Source: an uncultured bacterium
GTDB taxonomy: Bacteria; Krumholzibacteriota; Krumholzibacteriia; JACNKJ01
Direction of reading: 5' to 3'
Length of the DNA: 64,000 nucleotides
Assembly (NCBI GenBank): GCA_964399495.1
Contig: CAYNQX010000017.1
Location: forward strand, 11,591 to 75,590
The notes beneath the pieces were generated by a model. It saw only the letters and a program-made list of their open reading frames with translations, was not told the origin of the DNA and did no database searches. This document shows positions 52,848 to 61,144 of this stretch, piece after piece (position 1 is the first letter of the stretch; the number at the start of each line of letters is the position of its first letter). The position numbers were made by a program, and so were the translations under genes.

Positions 52848-55261
52848 GAGGACACCTCCTGCTCTGCCGGAGCGGGATCGAGGTCGAGGCGTCCCCGACC
52901 GCGCACGCCTTCGATGAAGTCGCCGAGGATCTCGGGCAGCACGTGGATCTCGCCGCGGTGGAAGAGCCTCATGTCGAATCGCTCGGAGTCAACACCCAGC
53001 AGGCCGAGGATCCCCTGGAGCCTGGCGACGTGTCCGAGGAAGGTCTGGTTGCCCGTGCGATAGTGGCACTCCCCCTCGGCGCAGCCGGTGACGAAGACCC
53101 CGTCGGCCCCCGCCTCGAAGGCCGAGAGGATGAAGGCCGGGTGGATCCGACCGGTGCAGAGCGTGTCCATGATTCGCAGGGAGGGCGGCATCTCGTCCAG
53201 ACGAGACGCGGCCAGCGGGAAGCACCAGTTGCAGGAGAGCAGGAGAATGCGCGAGGCGCCCAGGGGCGGATCGGGTGCGAGCAGCGCGGAGATCTCGTCG
53301 ATCATGCCCTGGTGACCGTAGTGGTCCGCGATCATGGCGCCGGTCGGGCAGACCGACGCGCAGCTGCCGCAGCTCTTGCAGAACTCGGGGAACACCCTCG
53401 CCGCCGAACCTCCACCGGTGCCCTCCATGATCCGGATGGCGTCGTAGGGACAGGCGGTCACGCAATCCCCGCAGGCGCGGCAGAGCCGTTCGTCCACCTT
53501 GCACAGCAGGGGCGAGAGCTCCCACTCGCTGCGGTGATCGCCGCCGGCGGCCAGGCCCTGCCCCGGCCAGGTGAGGCTCACCGGACGCGGCTCGAGGGCC
53601 AGGGGGAACTCCTCGGGGTCGTTGGGCACGCGCACCAGCGTAGGTCCCATGGGATGGCCGTTCGTCTCGCCGGCGGGACGCAGGAGCGCGATGCGGTGGC
53701 GGCACTCGTCGGCGCAGCTGCCGCACTCCTGGCAGGGCCCGCAGCGGAGGCAGCGCAGGGCCTCCTCCCTGGCCGCATCCTCGTGGTAGCCGAGCTCCAC
53801 CTCCCGGAACCCTTTGCGCTCCTCGACCGGCAGCACCTGCTGCTGCCTGCGCAGTCGTTTCCGGGGCGAGCGGGGCAGGATGCCCAGTTCCATCGGTCGC
53901 GGCGGCGAGGGCCCCAGCAGAGGACGCCCACGCAGGTAGGCATGAATCGACTCCGCGGCGCGATGGCCCTGAGCGATGGCGCCGATGACGGTGTCGGGGC
54001 CGAGCACGAGGTCGCCGGCGGCGAACACCCCCTCCACGCCGGTGGCCAGCGTGTCCTCGTCGGCCACCAGGGTTCCCCACTTGCTGCGCTCGAAACCGTC
54101 GCCCTTGGGCAGCAGCGAGAAGTCCGCCTCCTGGCTGATGGCGGTGACGATGAGGTCGGCCTTCAGGTCGAAGAACTCGCCTCGGATCGGCACGGGGCGC
54201 GGCCGCCCGCTCTCGTCGGCGGCCACCAGCTTCATGGCCTGGCAGCGCAGGCCCTTGACGCGACCGCCCTTGCCCAGGACCTCCGTGGGCGCGGCGAGGA
54301 AGCGGAACTTCACGCCCTCGCGCTCGGCGTCCTGCACCTCGTCGATGACAGCCGGCATCTCCGAGCGCGTGCGGCGGTAGACCACCGTCACTTTGAGCCC
54401 GAGACGCTTGCCCGTGCGGGCCGCGTCCATGGCGCTCATGCCGCCGCCCACCACGAGCAGGCTCTTGCCCGAAGGCAGGGGCAGCTTGCGCTCGATCATC
54501 CGGAGAAACTGCACGCAGTCGAAGACACCCAGATTCTCCCGCTCGCCGTCCACGCCCAGGCGCTTGCCGAGCTGGGCGCCCACCGCCAGAAGCACGGCGC
54601 CGAAGCCCTCGTCGTGGAGGTCGTCCAGGCTCAGATCGCGACCGAAGGTGACGCCCGTGCGGAACTCGACGCCGAGCTGCGCGATGTGGTTCACCTCTTT
54701 GTGAATCACCCTGCGCGGCAGACGGAACGACGGGATACACTGGTTGAGCATGCCGCCCGGCTCGTCGGCCATCTCGAACAGGGTGACGCCGTAGCCCTCG
54801 CGCACGAGGTCGAAGGCCGCCGCCAGGCCCGCGGGACCGCCGCCCACCACCGCCACGCGCTCTTCGTGGTGGCGAGGCGCCGGGCGCGGAGGCACGCTGG
54901 GGTGTTCGTCCTCCCAGTCGGAGACGAAGCGCTTGAGCAGGCGGATCGCCACGGCCTCGTCCTGTTCGGAGCGCTGGCAGGCCAGCTCGCAGGGGTGGGT
55001 GCAGACCCGGCCGCAGATGCCGGGCAGAGGGCAGCGCTCCCGCACCAGATCCACCGCCTCCTGCATGCGGCCCTGGGCGATGAGTCCGATGTAGCCCTTC
55101 ACGTCCACGCCGGCGGGGCAGGCCGCGTGGCAGGGCGAGTCGGCGAGACGGTGCAGCGAGTAGTTGTGGCCGCCGCCGGGGAACTCGAGCTTCACCGCGC
55201 CGGCGTCCAGGGCATCCCCGAACCCTCCTCGCGACATCGATGTTCCCGCTCCGCCGTACAC
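52844..55261 (-). CDS. HdrL-like large flavoprotein: GltD-type NAD(P)H oxidoreductase fused to a 2x[4Fe-4S] ferredoxin and an MvhD domain
   Basis: 805 aa. Two Rossmann motifs (VVGGGPAGL, VVGGGMSAMD), then CLRCGPCQECGSC / CRACGDCVTACP, and a C-terminal MvhD (LLLSCNWCFPLAASRL...GCAEGECHY). Confidence 0.75.
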   Translation of the reverse strand: MYGGAGTSMSRGGFGDALDAGAVKLEFPGGGHNYSLHRLADSPCHAACPAGVDVKGYIGLIAQGRMQEAVDLVRERCPLPGICGRVCTHPCELACQRSEQDEAVAIRLLKRFVSDWEDEHPSVPPRPAPRHHEERVAVVGGGPAGLAAAFDLVREGYGVTLFEMADEPGGMLNQCIPSFRLPRRVIHKEVNHIAQLGVEFRTGVTFGRDLSLDDLHDEGFGAVLLAVGAQLGKRLGVDGERENLGVFDCVQFLRMIERKLPLPSGKSLLVVGGGMSAMDAARTGKRLGLKVTVVYRRTRSEMPAVIDEVQDAEREGVKFRFLAAPTEVLGKGGRVKGLRCQAMKLVAADESGRPRPVPIRGEFFDLKADLIVTAISQEADFSLLPKGDGFERSKWGTLVADEDTLATGVEGVFAAGDLVLGPDTVIGAIAQGHRAAESIHAYLRGRPLLGPSPPRPMELGILPRSPRKRLRRQQQVLPVEERKGFREVELGYHEDAAREEALRCLRCGPCQECGSCADECRHRIALLRPAGETNGHPMGPTLVRVPNDPEEFPLALEPRPVSLTWPGQGLAAGGDHRSEWELSPLLCKVDERLCRACGDCVTACPYDAIRIMEGTGGGSAARVFPEFCKSCGSCASVCPTGAMIADHYGHQGMIDEISALLAPDPPLGASRILLLSCNWCFPLAASRLDEMPPSLRIMDTLCTGRIHPAFILSAFEAGADGVFVTGCAEGECHYRTGNQTFLGHVARLQGILGLLGVDSERFDMRLFHRGEIHVLPEILGDFIEGVRGRGRLDLDPAPAEQEVSS

Positions 55262-55285
55262 TGCGCACCTCCCCGGCGCTCGTGG

Positions 55286-55840
55286 TCAGACCACGGCCGT
55301 CATCTGGGCCCGGCCGTGGGCCAGGCCGGCCTCGAAGGCCTTCAGGTTGAGTTCCTCGGTGCCCGACGGCACCGACGCCGCCACCGCCTTCCTGGCCGCC
55401 TCCTCGTCGACGATCCCGGTGACGGCCGTGAAGAAGCCCACCATCACGATGTTCTGGATCAACTTGCGGCCCAGCTCTTCGGCCATCCGCGTGGAGGGAA
55501 TGCGGAACACGTGAACGCCGGCCGGCGGGTCGTCGACCTGCACGAGCTCCTCCTCGATGAGCAGCAGACCGCCCTCCTTCAGCTCGGGGCTGAACTTGCT
55601 GTACGCCTCCTGGCTCATGCAGATGAGCACGTTCGGCGCGCTGACGTAGGGGTAGAGGATCGGATCCGTGTTCACGACGAGCTGCGCGCTGCAGGCGCTG
55701 CCCCGCGCCTCGGGCCCGAAGCTCTGCGTGAGCGTGGCGTGACCCTCGTCGAAGATGGACGCGGCCTTGCCGATGATGATGCCCATCAGGATCACGCCCT
55801 GGCCGCCGAAGCCGCCGATCTTAACTTCGCTGGTCTGCAC
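55286..55840 (-). CDS. 2-oxoacid:ferredoxin oxidoreductase gamma subunit
   Basis: 184 aa; IGGFGGQGVILMG...; GTG start overlapping the beta-subunit gene. Confidence 0.85.
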   Translation of the reverse strand: MQTSEVKIGGFGGQGVILMGIIIGKAASIFDEGHATLTQSFGPEARGSACSAQLVVNTDPILYPYVSAPNVLICMSQEAYSKFSPELKEGGLLLIEEELVQVDDPPAGVHVFRIPSTRMAEELGRKLIQNIVMVGFFTAVTGIVDEEAARKAVAASVPSGTEELNLKAFEAGLAHGRAQMTAVV

Positions 55841-56720
55841 AGCAGCAACCTCCGTACTCCTCGTACGCGTCGCCGAACCGCGACCGGTACTGGTCGTTCA
55901 TCCGCTCCAGGAAAGTGGGACGGCTCTTCTCCACGAACTCGCCGCAGATGATCTTCTGCTGGTAGTCGATGTCCACGTCCCGCGTGTTCGCCCCGTGCTT
56001 GATCTCCGTGGAGTCCTGGTAGAATTTCAGCAGGCTGCGTCCGTCGCCGAGCTTGTTCCGGCGTCCGTAGAGCGTGGCGCAGGGAGCGATGACCTCGAGA
56101 AAGGTGAAGCCGGGCAGCGTCAGGGCCTTCACCATCGAGTCGATGAGGCGCCGGAAGTGCAGCACCGTCCAGCGCGCCACGTACACCGCCCCGCAGGACT
56201 CGGCGAGGAAGGGCAGGTTGAAGGGCGCGTCGTAGCTGCCGAAGGGCGCCGTGGAGGCGATGGCCGTCGTGGGCGTGGTCGGCCCCTGCTGGCCGCCGGT
56301 CATCGCATAGGTGAAGTTGTTCACGCAGATGCAGACGAGATCCTGGTTGCGCCTCGCGGCATGGATGAAGTGGTTGCCGCCGATCGCCGTGAGATCGCCG
56401 TCGCCGCTGAACACCACCACCTTGAGCTCCGGCCGCGACAGCTTGAGCCCCGTGGCGAAGGGGATCGGACGGCCGTGGGTGGTGTGGTAGGAATCCAGGT
56501 TCATGTAACCCGCCACGCGCCCCGTGCAGCCGATTCCCGACACGATGGATACCATGTCGGGATCGAGCCCCGCCTTCTCGACGGCCGCCGCGAAACAGTT
56601 CACCGCGGTGCCGATGCCGCAGGAGGGGCACCAGATGTGCGGCATCCGGTCCATGCGCAGCATGGATTCCATGGGATGCTCGGGACTCGCCTCGATTTCG
56701 CTCAGGATGTCTGTCGACAC
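55821..56720 (-). CDS. 2-oxoacid:ferredoxin oxidoreductase beta subunit (TPP-binding)
   Basis: WCPSCGIG ... GDGD..AIGGNH (TPP motif). GTG start with GGAGG. The track ORF is over-extended into the alpha-subunit gene. Confidence 0.85.
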   Translation of the reverse strand: MSTDILSEIEASPEHPMESMLRMDRMPHIWCPSCGIGTAVNCFAAAVEKAGLDPDMVSIVSGIGCTGRVAGYMNLDSYHTTHGRPIPFATGLKLSRPELKVVVFSGDGDLTAIGGNHFIHAARRNQDLVCICVNNFTYAMTGGQQGPTTPTTAIASTAPFGSYDAPFNLPFLAESCGAVYVARWTVLHFRRLIDSMVKALTLPGFTFLEVIAPCATLYGRRNKLGDGRSLLKFYQDSTEIKHGANTRDVDIDYQQKIICGEFVEKSRPTFLERMNDQYRSRFGDAYEEYGGCCCADQRS

Positions 56721-57874
56721 GCGTTCGCCTCCCTGATTTGCTCGAGGATCTGCTCCGGCTCGTGCACGGTGCCGCCGCCGTGACCGGCGAGGAAGGTCTT
56801 CGCCCGCCCGGCGGCGCAGCGCTCCACCTCGTAGAAGATCTGTCCGTAGTTGAGTTCGGCGACGACGAAGGCGTCGACCCGTTCGGCGAGCTCGGCGATG
56901 CGGCGTTCGGGGAAGGGCCACAGGGTGACGAGCCGCAGGGTCCCCACGCGGATCCCCTCCTCCTTCGCGAGCTGCACGGCCCTCTCGGTGACGCGGCTCG
57001 TGATGCCGTAGGACAGCACCACGACGTCGGCGTCCTCGACCTCCCGCTCCTCGATCCGGATGATCTCCTCGGCGCTCAGGCGGATCTTGTCCACCAGGCG
57101 CCGCACCAGTTTCTCCTGGGCCTCGGGCGTCACCACCGGGTAGCCGCGCTCGTCGTGGGTGAGGCCGGTCACGTGCATGCGGTGGCCGTCGCCGGCCTTG
57201 CCCATGGGCGGCACCATGTCCGCGTCCGCCGCAAAGGGCAGGTAGTCCTTGCCCTTCTTGTCCGTCCAGCGGCGGGGCTCCACCGTGAGCGTTTCCGCCT
57301 CGGGAATCACGACCTTCTCGGTCATGTGGCCGACGCACTCGTCCATCATGAACATCACCGGCACGCGATAGCGCTCCGACAGATTGAAGGCGTCGATCAT
57401 CAGGTCGAAGCACTCCTGAGGCGAGCTGGGCGAGATCGCGATGATCTCGTAGTCGCCGTGGCTGCCCCAGCGCGCCTGCATGACGTCGGCCTGGCCCGTG
57501 AGCGTGGGCAGGCCGGTCGACGGCCCGCCGCGCTGCACGTTGACGAACACGCAGGGCGTCTCGGTCATCACCGCCAGGCCGATGTGCTCCATCATCAGGG
57601 AGAAGCCGGGGCCGCTGGTGACGGTCATCGCCTTCGCCCCGCCCCACACCGCGCCCTGGATGGCGATGGAGCTGGCGAGCTCGTCCTCCATCTGGATGAA
57701 CATCGCGCCCACCTCGGGGGCGCGGGCGCTGTAGCGTTCCACGACCTCGGTGGAGGGCGTGATGGGATAGCCGGCCACGAAGCGGCAGCCCGCGGCCAGC
57801 GCGCCCTCGCAGGCGGCGTGGTCGCCGTCGAGGAAGTGGATGCCGGTGAGCACGCCCTTGGGGTCCGCCTTCAT
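56702..57874 (-). CDS. 2-oxoacid:ferredoxin oxidoreductase alpha subunit
   Basis: About 390 aa from MKADPKG (GGAGG RBS); GYPITPSTEV and TSGPGFSLM motifs. Confidence 0.85.
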   Translation of the reverse strand: MKADPKGVLTGIHFLDGDHAACEGALAAGCRFVAGYPITPSTEVVERYSARAPEVGAMFIQMEDELASSIAIQGAVWGGAKAMTVTSGPGFSLMMEHIGLAVMTETPCVFVNVQRGGPSTGLPTLTGQADVMQARWGSHGDYEIIAISPSSPQECFDLMIDAFNLSERYRVPVMFMMDECVGHMTEKVVIPEAETLTVEPRRWTDKKGKDYLPFAADADMVPPMGKAGDGHRMHVTGLTHDERGYPVVTPEAQEKLVRRLVDKIRLSAEEIIRIEEREVEDADVVVLSYGITSRVTERAVQLAKEEGIRVGTLRLVTLWPFPERRIAELAERVDAFVVAELNYGQIFYEVERCAAGRAKTFLAGHGGGTVHEPEQILEQIREANACRQTS

Positions 57875-58155
57875 CGCGCCACCTCCTCGGCCGCCGCGTC
57901 GGGGGCGGGATCGCAGAAGATCGCGAACTCCGGGCAGATCATCTCGCAGAGATCGCAGTTGACGCAGAGTTCGGCCTGTTTGGTGAAGGGCGGGTGATAG
58001 CCCTTGGCGTTGAACTCCTCGGAGAGCTCGAGGACGTCTCGCGGGCAGTAGTCGACGCAGAAGCCGCAGCCCTTGCATCGCTCGCGGATGATCGTGACCT
58101 CGCCTCGCGGCAGGTTCAGCTTGTCGCTGTCGAAGGGCTCTCGCCAGAGTTTCAT
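57871..58155 (-). CDS. 2-oxoacid:ferredoxin oxidoreductase delta subunit (2x[4Fe-4S] ferredoxin)
   Basis: 94 aa from MKLWREP: CKGCGFCVDYCP and CVNCDLCEMICP; GGAGG RBS. Confidence 0.8.
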   Translation of the reverse strand: MKLWREPFDSDKLNLPRGEVTIIRERCKGCGFCVDYCPRDVLELSEEFNAKGYHPPFTKQAELCVNCDLCEMICPEFAIFCDPAPDAAAEEVAR

Positions 58156-58181
58156 GCAGGACCTCCGCGCACTTCCAGGCA

Positions 58182-58208
58182 TGAAAAAACCCCGGGGTGG
58201 CCCGGGGT
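58182..58208 (-). terminator. Rho-independent terminator/attenuator 35 nt upstream of the korD start
   Basis: Minus strand: CCCCGGGCCACCCCGGGG followed by TTTTTTC. It directly abuts the TGA of a 34-codon ORF. Confidence 0.6.
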
Positions 58209-58312
58209 CAGAACACGTCTGCCTTGGTTTCGGTCTTCTCCTCGACCACACCGACACGACCCGAATAGGCCGATCGATAGCCGGGACAGGCAAGGAGCAG
58301 CAGTCGTTTCAT
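58208..58312 (-). CDS. Small ORF (34 aa, MKRLLLLACPGYRSAYSGRVGVVEEKTETKADVF); candidate leader peptide or small lipoprotein
   Basis: ATG with a weak RBS; the stop codon is fused to the terminator hairpin. Confidence 0.3.
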   Translation of the reverse strand: MKRLLLLACPGYRSAYSGRVGVVEEKTETKADVF

Positions 58313-58431
58313 CGTATTCCGCTCGGTGATGCGTACTGCGTTCGTCCAGGGTTTTCCTTCATTCAGGATAATCTTGCCTTTATTCGGAGGATCTGGCAAG
58401 GGGCCCACGCGGTATTTTGAGGAGTTTCGGG

Positions 58432-58465
58432 AAACGTAAAACCCTCCCCGGGAGACGGGGAGGGC
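58432..58465 (-). terminator. Rho-independent terminator
   Basis: Minus strand: CCCTCCCCG-TCTCC-CGGGGAGGG followed by TTTTACGTTT. Confidence 0.6.
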
Positions 58466-58549
58466 GAATAGGGTCGGCATCGGTGACGTTGGGTTTCCCC
58501 CGGCGGGGTGATCCCAAGTCAGCGTCAGACGACGCTTGGGAGATATCCC

Positions 58550-58594
58550 CTATGGGGACGTCACCTCCACCAAGCCAAATCTGTCTGAACTCAC
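58550..58594 (-). CDS. 14-codon ORF with a perfect extended Shine-Dalgarno (AGGAGGTGATCA)
   Basis: GGAGAGGAGGTGATCAA-GTG AGT TCA GAC AGA TTT GGC TTG GTG GAG GTG ACG TCC CCA TAG. Could be a leader peptide or regulatory ORF. Confidence 0.25.
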   Translation of the reverse strand: MSSDRFGLVEVTSP

Positions 58595-58746
58595 TTGATC
58601 ACCTCCTCTCCGGGCGTACCGACGATTGGTGAGACCCAACTCACCCGGCCTCTTATCCGCCCGAGCCTTCGAGGCCGCCGCACTGGCGTGCGAACGAAGT
58701 CCCGAGAATGATGAGTGATTCCTCGGAAGCTGTACAGCGAAAAAGA

Positions 58747-59115
58747 TCAGTCCTCGCTGGGCCGACCGCGCAGCCGCTTGCGCTCGCCCTTGCGACGCTT
58801 GGCCTCCAGGCGCCGGTGCCGCGCCGCCGCGGTGACCTTCGTGGGCTTGCGCCGCTTCGGTTTGCGATTGAGAAGACGGAGCCGCTCGATGAGCCGTTCC
58901 ATGGCGAGCTTGCGGTTGCGCAGCTGGGAGCGATGGTCGGCCGCGATCACCGTGACGCCGCTGGGCGGGTGGTGCAGGCGCACCGCGCTGTCGCTGGTGT
59001 TGCGATGCTGCCCGCCTGGGCCGGACGCGCGGTACACGGTGACCTCCACCTCGCGGGCGAGCTGGTCGGGATCGGTGCTGTAGGGCGGTGCTTGATGGGA
59101 CATGGCGACCGGCAC
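58747..59115 (-). CDS. arfB: Alternative ribosome-rescue factor ArfB (class I release-factor GGQ domain, peptidyl-tRNA hydrolase)
   Basis: GPGGQHRNTSDSAVRLHH followed by a basic C-terminal tail. Confidence 0.8.
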   Translation of the reverse strand: MPVAMSHQAPPYSTDPDQLAREVEVTVYRASGPGGQHRNTSDSAVRLHHPPSGVTVIAADHRSQLRNRKLAMERLIERLRLLNRKPKRRKPTKVTAAARHRRLEAKRRKGERKRLRGRPSED

Positions 59116-59217
59116 AGGCTGAAGGTCCGAAACGGCGAAGGCGCCGCCCGATCCGGGCGACGCCCCGCAGCTTATCCGGCCCGCCGAAAGCGCGCAAGCG
59201 CTCGGGCGGGAAGGCGA

Positions 59218-60891
59218 TCAGAGCAGGTAGAGGGAGTCCAGGGCGTCGAAGAGCTCGTCCTTCTCGGCCTCGAGTTCCCTCAGCTTGGCCAGGGCCGTGC
59301 GCTCGTCGCCCTGATTGTGCGCCTGCACGATCTCGCGGGCGATTCCGTGCACCTTCTCGTGGTGACGTCCCACCGTGGCGAATACTTTGGATTCGGAGAG
59401 CGGATCGCCGAGGAGGCCGTCGTACCACTTGCCGAAGTCGCACTCGTGATGGGACTTCAGTTCGCCCTCATGCATGGCGCCGACGCCCTGGAGGAGCTTC
59501 GTCAGGCGAACCCACCAGGCGTTGTGGGCCTGCTTCACCATGTTGATGTCGAAGCGCCCTTCGGCCAGTTCGTACTGATCGAGGATCTCCTCGAGGCGCC
59601 CGGAGATGCGCGACAGCTCGACGGCGAAACGGTGGGTCTCCCCGGCGCCGACCGCCGTGTTCGCGGCGCCCTGATTGACCTCGGCGATGCTGGCGGAGAT
59701 CTCCTCCACGCCGGCGGTGACTGTCTGCACCGTCGTCGCGATCTGCTCCGCGGCGTCCGATACCGTCGAGATGCTGCGCGTGATCTCGTTCGTCGTGGCG
59801 GCCTGCTCCTCCACCGCGCTGGCGATGGACTGGGAGGCCACGTTCACCTCGCCGATCGTCCCGGAGATCGTGTTGATGGATTCCAGCACCTTGCGGGTGT
59901 TGGACTGCATGTTCTCGATGCGGTGCGCGATCTCCTCGGTGGCCTGCGCGGTCTGCCGCGAGAGTTCCTTGACCTCGTTGGCCACCACCGTGAAGCCCTT
60001 GCCGGCGTCACCCGCGCTGGCGGCTTCGATGGTGGCGTTCAGGGCGAGCAGATTCGTCTGGTCGGCGATGTTCTTGATGGTGTCGAGAACGATGCCGATA
60101 TCACTGGAGGATGCATCCAGTTCGGACATGGCCTCTCGGGTTTCGTTTACCTGGGACTCCGCGGCGTTGGACACCATTGAAGCGTGATTGCAGTTCTTGG
60201 CCACCTCGGCGAGCGAGGTGTCCATTTCCTCGATGGCGGTCGCGATGGTGGCGACCGACCCCGACATCTCGTCGGCGGAACCGGCCACGGTGATCATGCT
60301 GTTGCTGATGCCCTCGGAGGATTCACGGACGGCGTGGGTCTGGCTCTTGGATTGATCGGCCAGAGCCACCATCTCGGTGGATGTGGAGGAGAGCCTGTCC
60401 GAGGCCTCTCCGAGCGTGGCGCGGGTGTTCACCAGTTCCCTGAACACCAGGTTCAGGCTGCCGGTCATGGTGCCCATCGCCTTGCTGAACTCGCTCTTCT
60501 CCGATGCCAGATCCTCTTCCAGTGAGGCGGCCGTGGAGAAGCGTCCTTCCGACAGGATCTGGAGCATGCGCGTGCCCTCCATGAACGATCGGTTGTGGAT
60601 CCTGGAAAGCCAGGCCATCACACCGAACGCGAGGACGATGCAGACGCCTCCCATCGCAAGGGAGTTGCGCGCTCGCGCGCCCTGGTCGCTCATCATCTCG
60701 GCCAGCGCCGCGTCATCGCCGTGGGAATGCGCCGCGAACTCCGCGCGCGTCTGCCGGTGCGCCCACTCGACCGTGACGACGCCCCCCACCAACAGCAGAC
60801 AGAGAACGCCGATGCCCATCCACATCCGGGTCTTGATACTCAGTTCGATCCTCATCTCCAACCTCGTGCCAGTTGAGCTGGTGTGGTTCAT
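59218..60891 (-). CDS. Methyl-accepting chemotaxis protein with a C-terminal hemerythrin-like domain (DcrH-like)
   Basis: TM segments, HAMP, the MCP signalling domain, then H...[10 protein letters not shown]...HEKVH...; the His/Glu spacing matches a hemerythrin Fe-binding site. Confidence 0.75.
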   Translation of the reverse strand: MNHTSSTGTRLEMRIELSIKTRMWMGIGVLCLLLVGGVVTVEWAHRQTRAEFAAHSHGDDAALAEMMSDQGARARNSLAMGGVCIVLAFGVMAWLSRIHNRSFMEGTRMLQILSEGRFSTAASLEEDLASEKSEFSKAMGTMTGSLNLVFRELVNTRATLGEASDRLSSTSTEMVALADQSKSQTHAVRESSEGISNSMITVAGSADEMSGSVATIATAIEEMDTSLAEVAKNCNHASMVSNAAESQVNETREAMSELDASSSDIGIVLDTIKNIADQTNLLALNATIEAASAGDAGKGFTVVANEVKELSRQTAQATEEIAHRIENMQSNTRKVLESINTISGTIGEVNVASQSIASAVEEQAATTNEITRSISTVSDAAEQIATTVQTVTAGVEEISASIAEVNQGAANTAVGAGETHRFAVELSRISGRLEEILDQYELAEGRFDINMVKQAHNAWWVRLTKLLQGVGAMHEGELKSHHECDFGKWYDGLLGDPLSESKVFATVGRHHEKVHGIAREIVQAHNQGDERTALAKLRELEAEKDELFDALDSLYLL

Positions 60892-61144
60892 GGCGAACCG
60901 GGGCCGTCCGCGGTGGTCTCGATGCCACCCAAGAGGAATCGGCCACTCGGCCGTTGCGGTTGAGTGATTTCAGCCCGTTATATATCCGTTTTACAACAAT
61001 TTGCGTCGATGTGTCGCTTGTGGATGCCCGATTCCGGCGCTACGGATCCACTAGTCTATTATGCAATTAGATTTGCATTCCCTCGGCCCGGCAAGTTCGG
61101 TAGGATTCTTTGTGCTGCTCTGCGGAAACAAGGGGAGGTCCGCA

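Noticed and set aside
58595-58607. TTGATCACCTCCT resembles the 3' end of 16S rRNA
   Set aside because: It is too short and has no rRNA context. On the minus strand it reads AGGAGGTGATCAA, an extended Shine-Dalgarno in front of a GTG codon.
61044-61055. The 12-mer GGATCCACTAGT is identical to part of the pBluescript polylinker (BamHI-SpeI), raising a question of vector contamination
   Set aside because: The match does not extend into flanking vector sequence (XbaI, NotI and so on). It sits in a native-looking AT-rich promoter with a palindromic operator, so it is most likely coincidence.
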